This document shows, in pieces, positions 19,812-29,980 of a DNA stretch of 64,000 nucleotides (within the stretch, counting starts at the first letter, position 1; each line of letters begins with the position of its first letter). The stretch is taken from the sequence record OP978391.1; one strand, 5' to 3'. The stretch is from Escherichia phage HP3.2. Below the pieces are notes generated by a model. That model had not been told where the DNA came from and made no database searches. It saw only the letters and a list, made by a program, of their open reading frames with translations. The position numbers were made by a program, and so were the translations under genes.

Positions 19812-20433
19812 CTTTATATTTCCAAGTATATCCCTTATGAATAGATTGAATTCCTTTGCAACATTTATAAACAGCAGAATGAAAAAATCCTGCATTTCTT
19901 ATTTCAGTTGCTCCAGTTAGTTCTATTGTATTTCCGTCTGGTGAATAGCCAATAACCGTTTTGGTGTTAAAGCGATTTCTAGAACTATTTTTGATATGCT
20001 CTTTATGACTAGTAGACAAAGTTCTTCCTGTTAGCCCATCAGATATCCTTTTTCCAAAATCATCAGGAAGAGTTACTTTAGACCTAGCTATGCTCATTAG
20101 CTTCTTAGTTTTATCGCTTCTTTTTGCGCCACGCTGATTTTCAAATTTCTTAGCTTTTGCATACGCGTATTGTGAAGAAGTAACTTTTCTATGCTTACTA
20201 TTACTCATTATCCAATATGCATCATACATCTTTCCACCATATATTTTAGCCAATAAATGGTGAGCAGTATAGTGGGCCTTATAAGTTAAAAATACTAAGT
20301 TGTCTAAATCATCTGAACCACCCATACTTCTTGGAATTATATGATGAAGTTCATACCCGGCTTTAGTTTGACGGGGCTTAGATGGGTGTTCAGCAGAATT
20401 AACTAGATTTGAATAGATTCTGTCATAATTCAT
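19801..20433 (-). CDS. HNH homing-endonuclease-like protein (Mob family)
   Basis: HNH motif HHIIPRSMGGSDDLDNLVFLTYKAHYTAHH; free-standing between nrdD and nrdG; first 7 codons duplicate those of nrdG. Confidence 0.75.
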   Translation of the reverse strand: MNYDRIYSNLVNSAEHPSKPRQTKAGYELHHIIPRSMGGSDDLDNLVFLTYKAHYTAHHLLAKIYGGKMYDAYWIMSNSKHRKVTSSQYAYAKAKKFENQRGAKRSDKTKKLMSIARSKVTLPDDFGKRISDGLTGRTLSTSHKEHIKNSSRNRFNTKTVIGYSPDGNTIELTGATEIRNAGFFHSAVYKCCKGIQSIHKGYTWKYKDEL

Positions 20434-22247
20434 TGGTGTTTAACCCTATGCATGATTTCTTTATTTTTACCGAGATTAAATCCGCGTTCGTTCGGGTTTC
20501 CCAAATAACCGCATGTTCTTCTTATTGTGTTCATCTTTTTAGGATCAGTTTCTCCACAAATAGAACAAACAAACCCGTTTTCAGTAGGAGTCATTTCATG
20601 GGTACTTCCACACGTAAAACATTTATCTACTGGCATATTAACACCAAAATAATCTAAATGTTGTGCAGCATAATCCCATACAGCCTCAAGACCTTTTAAG
20701 TTATTTTTCATATCAGGAAGTTCAACATAAGAAATGTGACCACCTGTTGCAATGAAATGATACGGGGCTTCGCGAGAAATCTTTTCAAACGGAGTAATAT
20801 TTTCTTCTACTGAAACATGGAAACTGTTAGTGTACCAGCCTTTATCAGTAACATCCTTTACACTTCCATATTTTTCTGTATCAAGTTTACAGAAGCGATA
20901 GCAAAGGTTTTCAGCAGGAGTAGAATACAAGCTAAAAGCAAACCCAGTTCTTTCAGTCCACTGTTTAAGACGAGCATTCATTTTAGTTAAAATTTCCTGT
21001 CCAATATCACGACCGACAAGAATATTCAATTCGTGAATACCAATGTATCCTAAAGACACTGAACTTCTACCATTTTTAAATAACTCAATTATATCGTCAT
21101 CAGGTTTAAGACGAACCCCGAATGCACCTTCTTGGTAAAGAATAGGAGCAACAGTCGCTTTAACTCCTTTTAAGGAACTAATTCTACACATCAAAGCTTC
21201 AAAACATAAATCCATTCGCTCATTGAATAATTTAACAAATTTCTGTTCATTGAACTGTGTTCCAATATAAGAATCCAACGCAATACGAGGAAGATTCAGT
21301 GTTACAACACCAAGATTATTACGTCCATCAAGAATTTCATTACCAGTCGAATCTTTCCATACGCTCAAGAAACTACGGCAACCCATTGGAGAAACAGGAA
21401 CAGATGAACCAGTGATAGCTTTATTGTTCTTAGCTGAAATAATATCAGGATACATCCTTTTGCTTGCACACTCTAGAGCAAGCTGCTTAATATCATAGTT
21501 CGGATCGTCTTTATAAAGATTAACACCTTCTTCAACAAACATAACAAGCTTAGGGAAAATAGGAGTTATCCCATCACGACCAAGACCTTTAATACGATTT
21601 TTCAGAATTGCTTTCTGAATCATTCGTTCAGTCCAGTCAGTTCCCGTACCAAATGTAATTGTTACAAAAGGTGTTTGTCCGTTTGAACTAAAGAGAGTAT
21701 TTACTTCATATTCATAAGCTTGGAATGCATCGTATACGTCTTTTTCTGTTTTAGATTGAGCATAATTCAACGCATCAGCGATTTGCCATTTTTCTGCATC
21801 CTCAATATGTTTTGCATATGTGCGTTTAACATAAGGAGAAAGTACTTTATCTACATTCGCAAAAGTCGTTCCGCCATATTGATGGGAAGCAACCTGTGCA
21901 GTAATTTGTGCCATAATTGCAGTAGCAACACCGATTGATTTAGGAGTTTCAATCTGCGCATTACCAAGCTTAAATCCGTTCTCAAGCATTCCTTTTAAAT
22001 CTACTAAACAACAATTAGTAAATGGAAGAGCAGGGGAATAATCAATATCATGGAAATGAATAATTCCGCTTTCATGCGCTTTCATAATAAAAGACGGGAC
22101 CATATTTTTGGCAATGTGTTTAGACACAATACCAGCCATAAGGTCCCGTTGAGTTGGAAAAACACGAGAATCTTTATTAGCATTCTCGTTCAAAAGGTCT
22201 TTATTAGTTTTATGAATCAATCCTTCAATTTCTTTTTCAATTGTCAT
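20430..22247 (-). CDS. nrdD: Anaerobic ribonucleoside-triphosphate reductase NrdD (605 aa, uninterrupted)
   Basis: 605 aa; C-terminal Cys cluster CFTCGS...CSICG and glycyl-radical region; single continuous ORF. Confidence 0.9.
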   Translation of the reverse strand: MTIEKEIEGLIHKTNKDLLNENANKDSRVFPTQRDLMAGIVSKHIAKNMVPSFIMKAHESGIIHFHDIDYSPALPFTNCCLVDLKGMLENGFKLGNAQIETPKSIGVATAIMAQITAQVASHQYGGTTFANVDKVLSPYVKRTYAKHIEDAEKWQIADALNYAQSKTEKDVYDAFQAYEYEVNTLFSSNGQTPFVTITFGTGTDWTERMIQKAILKNRIKGLGRDGITPIFPKLVMFVEEGVNLYKDDPNYDIKQLALECASKRMYPDIISAKNNKAITGSSVPVSPMGCRSFLSVWKDSTGNEILDGRNNLGVVTLNLPRIALDSYIGTQFNEQKFVKLFNERMDLCFEALMCRISSLKGVKATVAPILYQEGAFGVRLKPDDDIIELFKNGRSSVSLGYIGIHELNILVGRDIGQEILTKMNARLKQWTERTGFAFSLYSTPAENLCYRFCKLDTEKYGSVKDVTDKGWYTNSFHVSVEENITPFEKISREAPYHFIATGGHISYVELPDMKNNLKGLEAVWDYAAQHLDYFGVNMPVDKCFTCGSTHEMTPTENGFVCSICGETDPKKMNTIRRTCGYLGNPNERGFNLGKNKEIMHRVKHQ

Positions 22248-22717
22248 TTTAAACTCTTTCTAAGCTGCTTCTTAAATGAAGCTATTAACTGTGTTTTAGT
22301 GTCAGATTCATTATATTCAAATCCTCTTTGAAGCATCTCAGCCATCATTTCCTCTTTTCCTAAACGAGAAAATTCCTTTGATTTATCTCCAATAAAGTTA
22401 GGGTGAATATTATTTTGGGTGTAATCGGATTTTAAATAAGTAAGTAAATTTTCTAACCATTCAAGATAATCAACACCTTGTCCCTTTAAGCCAGAACGAT
22501 TAAATTTATGCTTCATTTGACCTTCTGCGGCATTGCAGAGATTACAAAGCAATCCACGTACCTTTCCTGCTTTTGGTCCATTTAATTCATGATCATGGTC
22601 AAGGTGATTAGCTTGAACATCAGGATTTAGTTCTCGTTGGCAAATTAAGCATTTACCGTTTTGTGCATTATAAAATTTCTGTTTTTCTTCTTTGTATAAT
22701 TTGCCAGTCAATAACAT
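22244..22717 (-). CDS. 49: Endonuclease VII gp49 (157 aa)
   Basis: 157 aa; zinc-binding cysteines and H-N-H-like core CQRELNPDVQANHLDHDHELNG. Confidence 0.9.
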   Translation of the reverse strand: MLLTGKLYKEEKQKFYNAQNGKCLICQRELNPDVQANHLDHDHELNGPKAGKVRGLLCNLCNAAEGQMKHKFNRSGLKGQGVDYLEWLENLLTYLKSDYTQNNIHPNFIGDKSKEFSRLGKEEMMAEMLQRGFEYNESDTKTQLIASFKKQLRKSLK

Positions 22718-22758
22718 AATAAACCCTTACCTTAAATAGATAAGGGTATTTATTATTT

Positions 22759-23244
22759 TCAAGTATTGTAAAACATTTGATTCAATCGCTTATATTGCCG
22801 AATCTTTTGGTCAGAAAAAGAAATTTGGGTTTCAAGCCATTCAATATATTCTGCCGCAGCTTGCATCAAATTTCCTTCATAGCCATCGTTATTTTCTTGT
22901 GCAGCTAATTTAGCTAATGCGTATGAAATACGTTCACCTTGAAAATCGGCTTTAGGCTTCTGAACAACTTGATTAGTTCGCTCTACAACTTCTTCAATTT
23001 CGCCATTTTCAATGGATTCAGTATTCCACAAGCACCAATACGTAATTGGCTTATCGTAGATGTTAATAATCTTTCCGTCGGAAAGTTCAATTTCAATAAT
23101 TCCAGTATCAGGCTCTATATCATCTTCACATTCTTTTGCAAGTTCACGAACTTTAAAGACAGTACCTGCACTAAGTTCCGGCCAGTAATTACACAGCCCT
23201 GTATCAGCACGATTAATTCTAAACCACTTATCTACTGTAATCAT
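22759..23244 (-). CDS. pin: Pin-like protein (protease inhibitor), ca. 161 aa
   Basis: Position between 49 and nrdC; length with start at MITVDKWF matches T4 Pin; called by position. Confidence 0.45.
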   Translation of the reverse strand: MITVDKWFRINRADTGLCNYWPELSAGTVFKVRELAKECEDDIEPDTGIIEIELSDGKIINIYDKPITYWCLWNTESIENGEIEEVVERTNQVVQKPKADFQGERISYALAKLAAQENNDGYEGNLMQAAAEYIEWLETQISFSDQKIRQYKRLNQMFYNT

Positions 23245-23366
23245 GTCCCATCTCCATATCAATTAAGTCATTTATCGTTGGTTCATTATATATTGTTTCT
23301 TCATCAGTGTAAACCGGTTCTTCCGGCTCTGGCTCTACAGTTTCCCATCTAGCCGCCCACCAAGGT

Positions 23367-23576
23367 TTAACCCCGAAGCTTATTAAGTTCTTCATAATCA
23401 ATCCAAGATTCTAGTCCTGATGGCAGGTCACATTCAATTTCCCAAAGAAGTTCTTCAATTTTCTGAAGACGATCTAGTTCTTCGGCTGGAATAGTAACCA
23501 TTGACGGAGCTCGTGATACATTAATATCGTAAATCATATTTACCCCAGTTTGACCATGCAATCGCCGTATTTCCAC
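23367..23576 (-). CDS. Hypothetical protein (69 aa)
   Basis: Small acidic ORF. Confidence 0.45.
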   Translation of the reverse strand: MEIRRLHGQTGVNMIYDINVSRAPSMVTIPAEELDRLQKIEELLWEIECDLPSGLESWIDYEELNKLRG

Positions 23577-23755
23577 TTAGAAATAGACTTTTCGCCATTA
23601 GAATAATAAACTTCGAGTTTAGCACGATTATTTTTAATTTGAATAACCTTGGCTGTCATCAAAGTTCCATACCCATAATAAACTGCAACTTCATCACCTA
23701 CATATACCGCGCTTCCGCGGTAATCATGAATATAGTCAGTTCCTTCGAGCATCAT
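23540..23755 (-). CDS. Hypothetical protein (71 aa)
   Basis: Small ORF abutting nrdC. Confidence 0.45.
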   Translation of the reverse strand: MMLEGTDYIHDYRGSAVYVGDEVAVYYGYGTLMTAKVIQIKNNRAKLEVYYSNGEKSISKWKYGDCMVKLG

Positions 23756-24015
23756 TTAAAATATTCTCGCAGTTGGTCAAATCCACCAATATGACTTCCA
23801 TCAGGAGCAAATACCTGAGGCATTGTCAAGCCGATTTGAGTATCACGACCTAGTTTAGTCAGAAGCTCAGCGATTTTCTCATCATCAAAAACACCTTTTT
23901 CCGGCATAATGTTGATAAATTCAAACGGCTGTTTCTTCACAGTCAAAAGACGTTTTGCATTATCGCAATACACGCATTTATGAATGTTGCTATCATAACC
24001 ATATACTTTAAACAT
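23752..24015 (-). CDS. nrdC: Thioredoxin/glutaredoxin NrdC (87 aa)
   Basis: 87 aa; CVYC redox motif; sequence MFKVYGYDSNIHKCVYCDNAKRLL... agrees with T4 NrdC. Confidence 0.85.
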   Translation of the reverse strand: MFKVYGYDSNIHKCVYCDNAKRLLTVKKQPFEFINIMPEKGVFDDEKIAELLTKLGRDTQIGLTMPQVFAPDGSHIGGFDQLREYFK

Positions 24016-24016
24016 A

Positions 24017-24259
24017 TTATTCCTTAATTCCTAGTACTTGTTTAAAAGTCTCGTCGTAATCAAGACTTTGGCCCGTTTGTTCTTTATGTTTGTATATAAT
24101 ATCACTTACTTCTGATAGCATATTTTTATATGAACGAGTTAAAGCAGATTTAAGCACGCTGTATCTATCAGGAAATTTACCGTGTTCATTATAATAAGCT
24201 ATTGCTAATTCACGGACTGCCTTTTCAGCAGCCTCCATATATTCTTTACGCTTGGTCAT
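24017..24259 (-). CDS. Hypothetical protein (80 aa)
   Basis: ORF directly upstream of nrdC. Confidence 0.5.
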   Translation of the reverse strand: MTKRKEYMEAAEKAVRELAIAYYNEHGKFPDRYSVLKSALTRSYKNMLSEVSDIIYKHKEQTGQSLDYDETFKQVLGIKE

Positions 24260-24261
24260 TT

Positions 24262-24651
24262 TTAATCCAAAATATTATTAGGCATTGGTTGAACACTCAC
24301 AAGTTCTTTAAAGAACTCAGTAGAGTCAGGCAATTTAACCATTTCCGGAGCATGCTTACTGAATTTATGTTTACATTGACGGCATTTATATTCAAGCTCT
24401 GGTTTACGCCAGTTAATCAACTGAACTTGTTCAGTACCGCATTCAGGGCAATTAGGAACGTTTTTAGAAGCTCTTTCACGTCGTTCAACCATAGCCATAA
24501 TAGCATCCCATGCTGGAGGTTTAAAATCTAAATCGTCGCAGCCGTGAATCTTTCCACGCATTTCCATATCATCTTCCTCACCAGCCATAATAATTTTAAT
24601 TAAACTGGAATTACTTGAAGCTGCAATGTCTTCTAATAAACGCTTTTTCAT
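24262..24651 (-). CDS. Zinc-ribbon protein (129 aa)
   Basis: Paired Cys motifs CPECGT ... CRQCKH. Confidence 0.5.
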   Translation of the reverse strand: MKKRLLEDIAASSNSSLIKIIMAGEEDDMEMRGKIHGCDDLDFKPPAWDAIMAMVERRERASKNVPNCPECGTEQVQLINWRKPELEYKCRQCKHKFSKHAPEMVKLPDSTEFFKELVSVQPMPNNILD

Positions 24652-25577
24652 TTCAATACCTCAATAGCATTACGTAAACCATTTGCTTTTGCATTAAGAG
24701 CTTTTAACAATTTGGTGTGTTCTGCAATTTGGGCTTCAACTTCAATCAAACGGGCATTGAGATATTCACGTTCTTCACTCAGATTATCAACCTTTTCTAC
24801 TTTAGGCTCTTTTACAACTGTCTTATATGTATTAGGGTTCTTCAGTTTAATTAGAATGCGTGAACTGTATAACATTGAACCATTATCTTCGGTTTCGTCA
24901 TACATTTCCACTACGTCCATAATTTTTAACATCATGCGGAGTTTATAAGACAACGAACGAATAGTTTTGTTGTGCTTATTAATTTCTTTAGCTGTCATGG
25001 TGCCAAGATTACGTGAGTAATAATAAGGAACCTGGATATTAATTAATACTGATGAACCACCTGGCTTGTGTGTTACTTCATCAGCAATAACCCAGTCCTT
25101 AACATGAACTGTATTTGTACGGTCATCGCCCGCGGTAAATAGTTTGCGAGCATGCTTAAAAAGCATATTCACTTGGTCATTGAATTGACAAGCAAATTTA
25201 TCAGCAAATTTAGTTTCAGGAATGGTAGAAAACCAATCAGCCAAATGAGTCTTTTTAACATCATTAACAATAGTAAATTCAACCAAATCGGTTATAGATG
25301 TCTCAGATTTAATGAAGCTCGGCTTCATAAAGTTTTTAATGTTCTCATGAGCTACAGTAGAAGATAACATACGAGAACGTTTAAACCATTCAAGCAAATT
25401 GCCTAACGAATGAGAATAAGCGTTTTGAGTATCTTTACAGATATGATTTTCCTGACCAACATATTGAAGGAAATCACGAAGAATATTATTGATTACTGCT
25501 CTGTGCCCGATCTGATAATTACGGTGTTTAGTAATAAGACTGTCAAAATAATCAATATAATGTTTACGAGTTTTCAT
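24648..25577 (-). CDS. Hyperplastic-region paralog A (309 aa) with C-terminal coiled coil
   Basis: Shares core motifs (KIMDVV, F-K-x-A-R-K-L) and a C-terminal heptad-rich tail with the next three genes. Confidence 0.6.
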   Translation of the reverse strand: MKTRKHYIDYFDSLITKHRNYQIGHRAVINNILRDFLQYVGQENHICKDTQNAYSHSLGNLLEWFKRSRMLSSTVAHENIKNFMKPSFIKSETSITDLVEFTIVNDVKKTHLADWFSTIPETKFADKFACQFNDQVNMLFKHARKLFTAGDDRTNTVHVKDWVIADEVTHKPGGSSVLINIQVPYYYSRNLGTMTAKEINKHNKTIRSLSYKLRMMLKIMDVVEMYDETEDNGSMLYSSRILIKLKNPNTYKTVVKEPKVEKVDNLSEEREYLNARLIEVEAQIAEHTKLLKALNAKANGLRNAIEVLK

Positions 25578-25629
25578 ATTCTTCTCACTTGGTTAATGGT
25601 TTATACTCCGAGCCATCCTTGGCTTTAAA

Positions 25630-26631
25630 TTACTTAATTAACTGTAAAGCTTGTTCAAGACGATCAAGACGATTAACGGATTCTTCCCAAATCTTTTTAG
25701 CCTGCTCATATTCTTTCTGCGCTTTATTAGAAATTTCTAGAACTTCTTTATAAGCTTTTTCTAGTGCAATAACTTCTGGACGAATTTCTACTGGTTCAGG
25801 CGAATCGTCAAGACATTCCATTAGTTCCTCAAGGGTAGTTTCTTCTTTAGGAGTATTCACAATTTCATCACATTTTTGTTGGTAAATTTCTTTATCAGTC
25901 GGTGAGTACGCACACTTTACTTCACGGAGACTAACTACAATTTTATATCCTTCCCAACCGCATATATTCTTAAAAGGATAAGTATGAATATTTTCTACTG
26001 TTTCCATACAAAGTAATGCGGTCTCTAACTGACGAGTTATATCGCTAGCAATTGAGAAAAATTTATTAATGTTCTTTTGATTAGCTTCTGGTGTAAAAAA
26101 TTCATAATTCACAAAAATAGCTGCTTTATTTTTATCAAGCTCATATTCTTTTATGATAATCATATCAGAAGCCCAAGGATGGATTTGACGATAATCACCA
26201 TAGCATAATTTAGAAGCTGATTTTAGAATTTGCTTCTTGAAAAGTCTAAAATTACTAATCCAACGACGAGTAAAAATATTCTCAGGGTCTTCTTTATTAT
26301 TAAGATGATAAGAATTAACATCACCGAACCAACTGTATCCTACTACATCTTTAGTTCGTTTAATTTCTTTCCCAAATTTACCAAGAATATCTTGATTAAC
26401 TAAATATGAAAGAAGACGAGAACCTTTAAAAGTTTCCTTAATATCATCTTTATATTCGCGACTAGAAATTTTATGAACTTCATGAATAAATTTGCTTGAA
26501 GAAACAATACTTGCATCAATATTATTGAGCCATTGATTGATAATGGAAATAACACTATTCTGACTAAACACAGGTTTAACTTTATCATCAATAACGCTAT
26601 TGAATGATTTGATATATTCGTTACGAGTCAT
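25630..26631 (-). CDS. Hyperplastic-region paralog B (ca. 333 aa) with C-terminal coiled coil
   Basis: Motif WISNFRLFKKQILKSASKL aligns with paralog C WRFIALFRKQLKQILSTASRL; start taken at MTRNEYIKSF. Confidence 0.6.
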   Translation of the reverse strand: MTRNEYIKSFNSVIDDKVKPVFSQNSVISIINQWLNNIDASIVSSSKFIHEVHKISSREYKDDIKETFKGSRLLSYLVNQDILGKFGKEIKRTKDVVGYSWFGDVNSYHLNNKEDPENIFTRRWISNFRLFKKQILKSASKLCYGDYRQIHPWASDMIIIKEYELDKNKAAIFVNYEFFTPEANQKNINKFFSIASDITRQLETALLCMETVENIHTYPFKNICGWEGYKIVVSLREVKCAYSPTDKEIYQQKCDEIVNTPKEETTLEELMECLDDSPEPVEIRPEVIALEKAYKEVLEISNKAQKEYEQAKKIWEESVNRLDRLEQALQLIK

Positions 26632-26688
26632 ATTAATCTCCTCAGTAGAAAGTAAGAACATTATACCACATCCTTGTGGCAAAGTAAA

Positions 26689-27711
26689 CTAGTTTAGTGC
26701 ATTTAGTGCGTTGTTCAGTTTAGAACGTTGCTTCGTAAGATTTTTGACTTTTTCTTGAGCTTTTTCTAGCATCTTTTCAGCTTCTAACACTTCATTAGTT
26801 GCTTTAACGAGTTCATCATCTACTGCCTTGATAGACTTCTCAATCGCATCCGCGTGCCATTTTTCAACAGGTTTAAGACTCGGATTTTCAACAGGAAGAA
26901 AATTCACTTTATTGAATTTCCATGTATCTTTATTACCTGAACTATACATCCAAAATTTAGGATCGTTTGATGAGTAATTGGATAAATTTAAGATATCTTG
27001 CACTTCCTGCTTTTTCTCTTGCGGGACTTCGTCCTTTCTCAAAAAATCGTATTTAAATGAAACGATCATATCAAGTTCATACGTTGTTGTATGTTCCCAA
27101 TTTCGCTCAAAATGAGGTAAAATCTTAGACTGAACCGCGGCAACTACATCCATATACTTAAATGCTTCTGTCAACTGTGATTTAAGGCATTCACAAATTG
27201 AAAGAGAATTTTTTGTATTAGGTTTAAAGCTAATTCGTGCAGTTCTGTTATTTTCTTTTAATGGTCTTACTTCCATCTGAAGAGTATAACCATCAAATTT
27301 CAGATTCTTTAAGTTAATATCAGAACCTTTTAATCGACTAGCAGTAGACAAAATTTGCTTTAATTGTTTACGGAATAGAGCAATAAATCTCCATTCAATA
27401 CGATAATGATTTGGATTGAAAAATCCAGATGATAAATCGACCTTACTCTGACCAACACCTTGAACAAATAGAGGATTTTTATAATCAATAGTTTTACAGA
27501 AATCGGTGAGCTGTTCACGAGCAGTCATTTGAGTAATATACCCAGCTTCATTAAAATTACGCACCCATTCACTGCTGTTCAGATGTTTAAAGGCGTGAAT
27601 GGAACAATTAACTTTACCAAGGTCTAAATTATTTTCGCACAAAAATGTCATAGCATCACGAGTATAGCTGGCATTACGAACCATATCTTCAATTTGAGAA
27701 CGAGTTTTCAT
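26689..27711 (-). CDS. Hyperplastic-region paralog C (340 aa) with C-terminal coiled coil
   Basis: Motifs FRKQLKQILSTASRL and KYMDVVAAV shared with paralogs A and B. Confidence 0.6.
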   Translation of the reverse strand: MKTRSQIEDMVRNASYTRDAMTFLCENNLDLGKVNCSIHAFKHLNSSEWVRNFNEAGYITQMTAREQLTDFCKTIDYKNPLFVQGVGQSKVDLSSGFFNPNHYRIEWRFIALFRKQLKQILSTASRLKGSDINLKNLKFDGYTLQMEVRPLKENNRTARISFKPNTKNSLSICECLKSQLTEAFKYMDVVAAVQSKILPHFERNWEHTTTYELDMIVSFKYDFLRKDEVPQEKKQEVQDILNLSNYSSNDPKFWMYSSGNKDTWKFNKVNFLPVENPSLKPVEKWHADAIEKSIKAVDDELVKATNEVLEAEKMLEKAQEKVKNLTKQRSKLNNALNALN

Positions 27712-27719
27712 GGTGTTCC

Positions 27720-28628
27720 TTAAGATTTAAGTAAATCGATAATTTTAATTAACTTTTCACGCTCAGATTTAGCTTTACTACTCAGTCCAGATAGTCTGAA
27801 AATTTCATCATCATATTGTTGAATAGAAATATTCAGCTCTTCAATTTGCTTATTAAAATAATCAATTTGCTCAGAATGTTTTTCATTACTACGAACTGGT
27901 ACAGGTTTTGTAGGCAATTTAGTTGAACTGGATTCATCCGGGCGATAAATTAAAATACAACTTGAACCAATAGGGCATTTTGCACCAGATGAATATTCTA
28001 ATGTTCCGGCTTCTTTTAAAACTTCAAAAGCTAAACAGAGATGATGCCCCATATTAACATAATCTGTAGAGTGAGCTCTGATATAATAATCATCGCCACG
28101 AATACTAAATTTAAAGCATTTAAGGTCTTCTGTATTATTGGTCTTAAAAATCATTTGTTTATCTAGACCTTTAGCTAATCGAGCGCCTAATGCTAATAAT
28201 CGTCGTTGATTTTCCCACAAATCTGCGATCATTTGGTCAAATGATAATTTCGGCATTAATCGACCATAAAGGTCATATCCTTTATTATAATTGCGAAGGA
28301 TTTCACTCGCATTAATACGAGACAACGCTCCAATTTTATTAAGGGCTTTCATGATGCGATTAGATAAACCCATTCCAGACCCGTTTGTTCGTTGTAAATG
28401 TTTATCTAATCCAAACCCAATATCAACTTTAAATTTATCTAAAATTTCAGCATGAACATCTCTGTCAATAACATTCAAATCCAAAGTTGGGTTAAATCTA
28501 TGAAAAAATTTATCTGGCTCTCCACGACGAAGTACAGTCCATTCATTCAATTTTTTATTAACTAAAGATTTAATTACTGCATTGACATTATTAATTACTA
28601 CTGACATATTTTCCTCACTCAATTTCAA
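27720..28628 (-). CDS. Hyperplastic-region protein D (302 aa) with C-terminal coiled coil; probable diverged paralog
   Basis: Same size class and C-terminal coiled coil; weaker core similarity (RRLLALGARLAKGL). Confidence 0.55.
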   Translation of the reverse strand: MKLSEENMSVVINNVNAVIKSLVNKKLNEWTVLRRGEPDKFFHRFNPTLDLNVIDRDVHAEILDKFKVDIGFGLDKHLQRTNGSGMGLSNRIMKALNKIGALSRINASEILRNYNKGYDLYGRLMPKLSFDQMIADLWENQRRLLALGARLAKGLDKQMIFKTNNTEDLKCFKFSIRGDDYYIRAHSTDYVNMGHHLCLAFEVLKEAGTLEYSSGAKCPIGSSCILIYRPDESSSTKLPTKPVPVRSNEKHSEQIDYFNKQIEELNISIQQYDDEIFRLSGLSSKAKSEREKLIKIIDLLKS

Positions 28629-29022
28629 TTTTACTAAATATACAGAATAAGATGGAACAGACTATATAAGCACCACACACAGATTGAACTAATACCATTC
28701 CAAAGAACCAAACAATATTATCAAACAATGTCTGTTTTACGTCGAAAGGACGTAAACTTACAGTAATATTATCGCCTTTTTCTATTGATGAATACATCTC
28801 TGGTGAAATATATTCGCTAAATCTATAACCGTCTTTGAGTTCATATACAGCAATAAACGATAAACTAGACCCCTTTCCTTGAGTTCCTGTAAAGGTATTA
28901 ACTACAGTAACATCATAATCTTTATAATGCATATAATCATTAATTGCGTAATAACCATATGCAACTACTACACATAAACAACATATCAATAAATTCAATC
29001 TTTTAATTATCAACTGTTTCAT
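28615..29022 (-). CDS. Membrane protein (135 aa)
   Basis: N- and C-terminal hydrophobic helices (LLICCLCVVVAYGYYAI; VWFFGMVLVQSVCGAYIVCSILFCIF). Confidence 0.5.
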   Translation of the reverse strand: MKQLIIKRLNLLICCLCVVVAYGYYAINDYMHYKDYDVTVVNTFTGTQGKGSSLSFIAVYELKDGYRFSEYISPEMYSSIEKGDNITVSLRPFDVKQTLFDNIVWFFGMVLVQSVCGAYIVCSILFCIFSKIEIE

Positions 29023-29077
29023 AATAATCTCAATTAAAAGGGCTTAGAACCATTATACCATCCTTGGTATAAAGCGG

Positions 29078-29605
29078 TTATGCGAGTACCGTCTTTAACC
29101 GTTCTTCAAACTTCCGAAGAGTATTTTGGCGTTCAGCTCTTTGCTTTTTGTAAGTTTCAATACGCTCTGAAATGAGAGTGTATCGTTCATTTACTGATTC
29201 TTTCATAAAATCAGGAATTTCACGAGAAGCTTTAATCTCATCAAATTTATCAATAACAGCTTGCTCTTCAGCAATTAAGTTATCATACATCAAAATATCT
29301 TTCTTGATGAACTCAATATCTTCTTGAGTTACACGAGATAATTTAGATGCTTTATCCTTTTTGTACTGTTCGTTAGTATCACGAGACCAGTGTAATGTAC
29401 GATTTTTATTCGTATTCTTGTAAATTTCTACAATACCAATCTCATCGATAATAACGATCCAATTCCAACGAGATTTGTAAATTTGTCCTCCGTCAACCGT
29501 GATTTCACCTCCGATTGAGATGTCATTAAAGAACTTGCTTTGTGCTTCAGATTTAAATTTACCATCGTTGTAATTTACCAGGTTGAAAATATCTTTAGCG
29601 TTCAT
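29078..29605 (-). CDS. Hypothetical protein (175 aa)
   Basis: First ORF after the early promoter at 29620-29690; C-terminal charged helical region. Confidence 0.55.
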   Translation of the reverse strand: MNAKDIFNLVNYNDGKFKSEAQSKFFNDISIGGEITVDGGQIYKSRWNWIVIIDEIGIVEIYKNTNKNRTLHWSRDTNEQYKKDKASKLSRVTQEDIEFIKKDILMYDNLIAEEQAVIDKFDEIKASREIPDFMKESVNERYTLISERIETYKKQRAERQNTLRKFEERLKTVLA

Positions 29606-29619
29606 TTTGTGTTCCTCCG

Positions 29620-29690
29620 TAGTTGATAGTTGTATAGTACCACAGAGGAACAGTCTTGTAAACCACTAAAAGAAACTTCTTTCACAATTT
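29620..29690 (-). promoter_or_regulatory. T4-type early promoter cassette
   Basis: GTTTAC (plus 29658-29663) -N17- gTACTAT; shares the agttgatagttgtatagtacca core with other cassettes. Confidence 0.55.
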
Positions 29691-29980
29691 TTTCCACTGA
29701 ACCATGCGCTTACCGCTTTCTTAGTCTCAGGAGCAGTGTTATCCATAAACCATTCAAAGGCAGCCTTTTTATGATTCTGGAGGGCTTCTCGGGCTTTAAT
29801 CTGCTCACGGTCTATTAACACTAACATATGAGCCTTTCTTGTCACCAAGGGCTTCTTATGATTCTTGGAGTATTCCCAGTCATTTGTCCAACGCATTGTC
29901 GTTGCGAACTGATGAACCGCGTCTTTAATTTTAGTTTCGTAAATTTCACGAGCCTTTGAGTATAACATCACTACCTCCAT
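29666..29980 (-). CDS. Hypothetical protein (104 aa)
   Basis: ORF; start may be an internal Met. Confidence 0.45.
   Translation of the reverse strand: MEVVMLYSKAREIYETKIKDAVHQFATTMRWTNDWEYSKNHKKPLVTRKAHMLVLIDREQIKAREALQNHKKAAFEWFMDNTAPETKKAVSAWFSGKNCERSFF

Noticed and set aside
20430-22247. Group I intron or intron-encoded homing endonuclease inside nrdD
   Set aside because: nrdD is a single uninterrupted 605-aa reading frame; the only endonuclease nearby is the free-standing HNH gene at 19801-20433.
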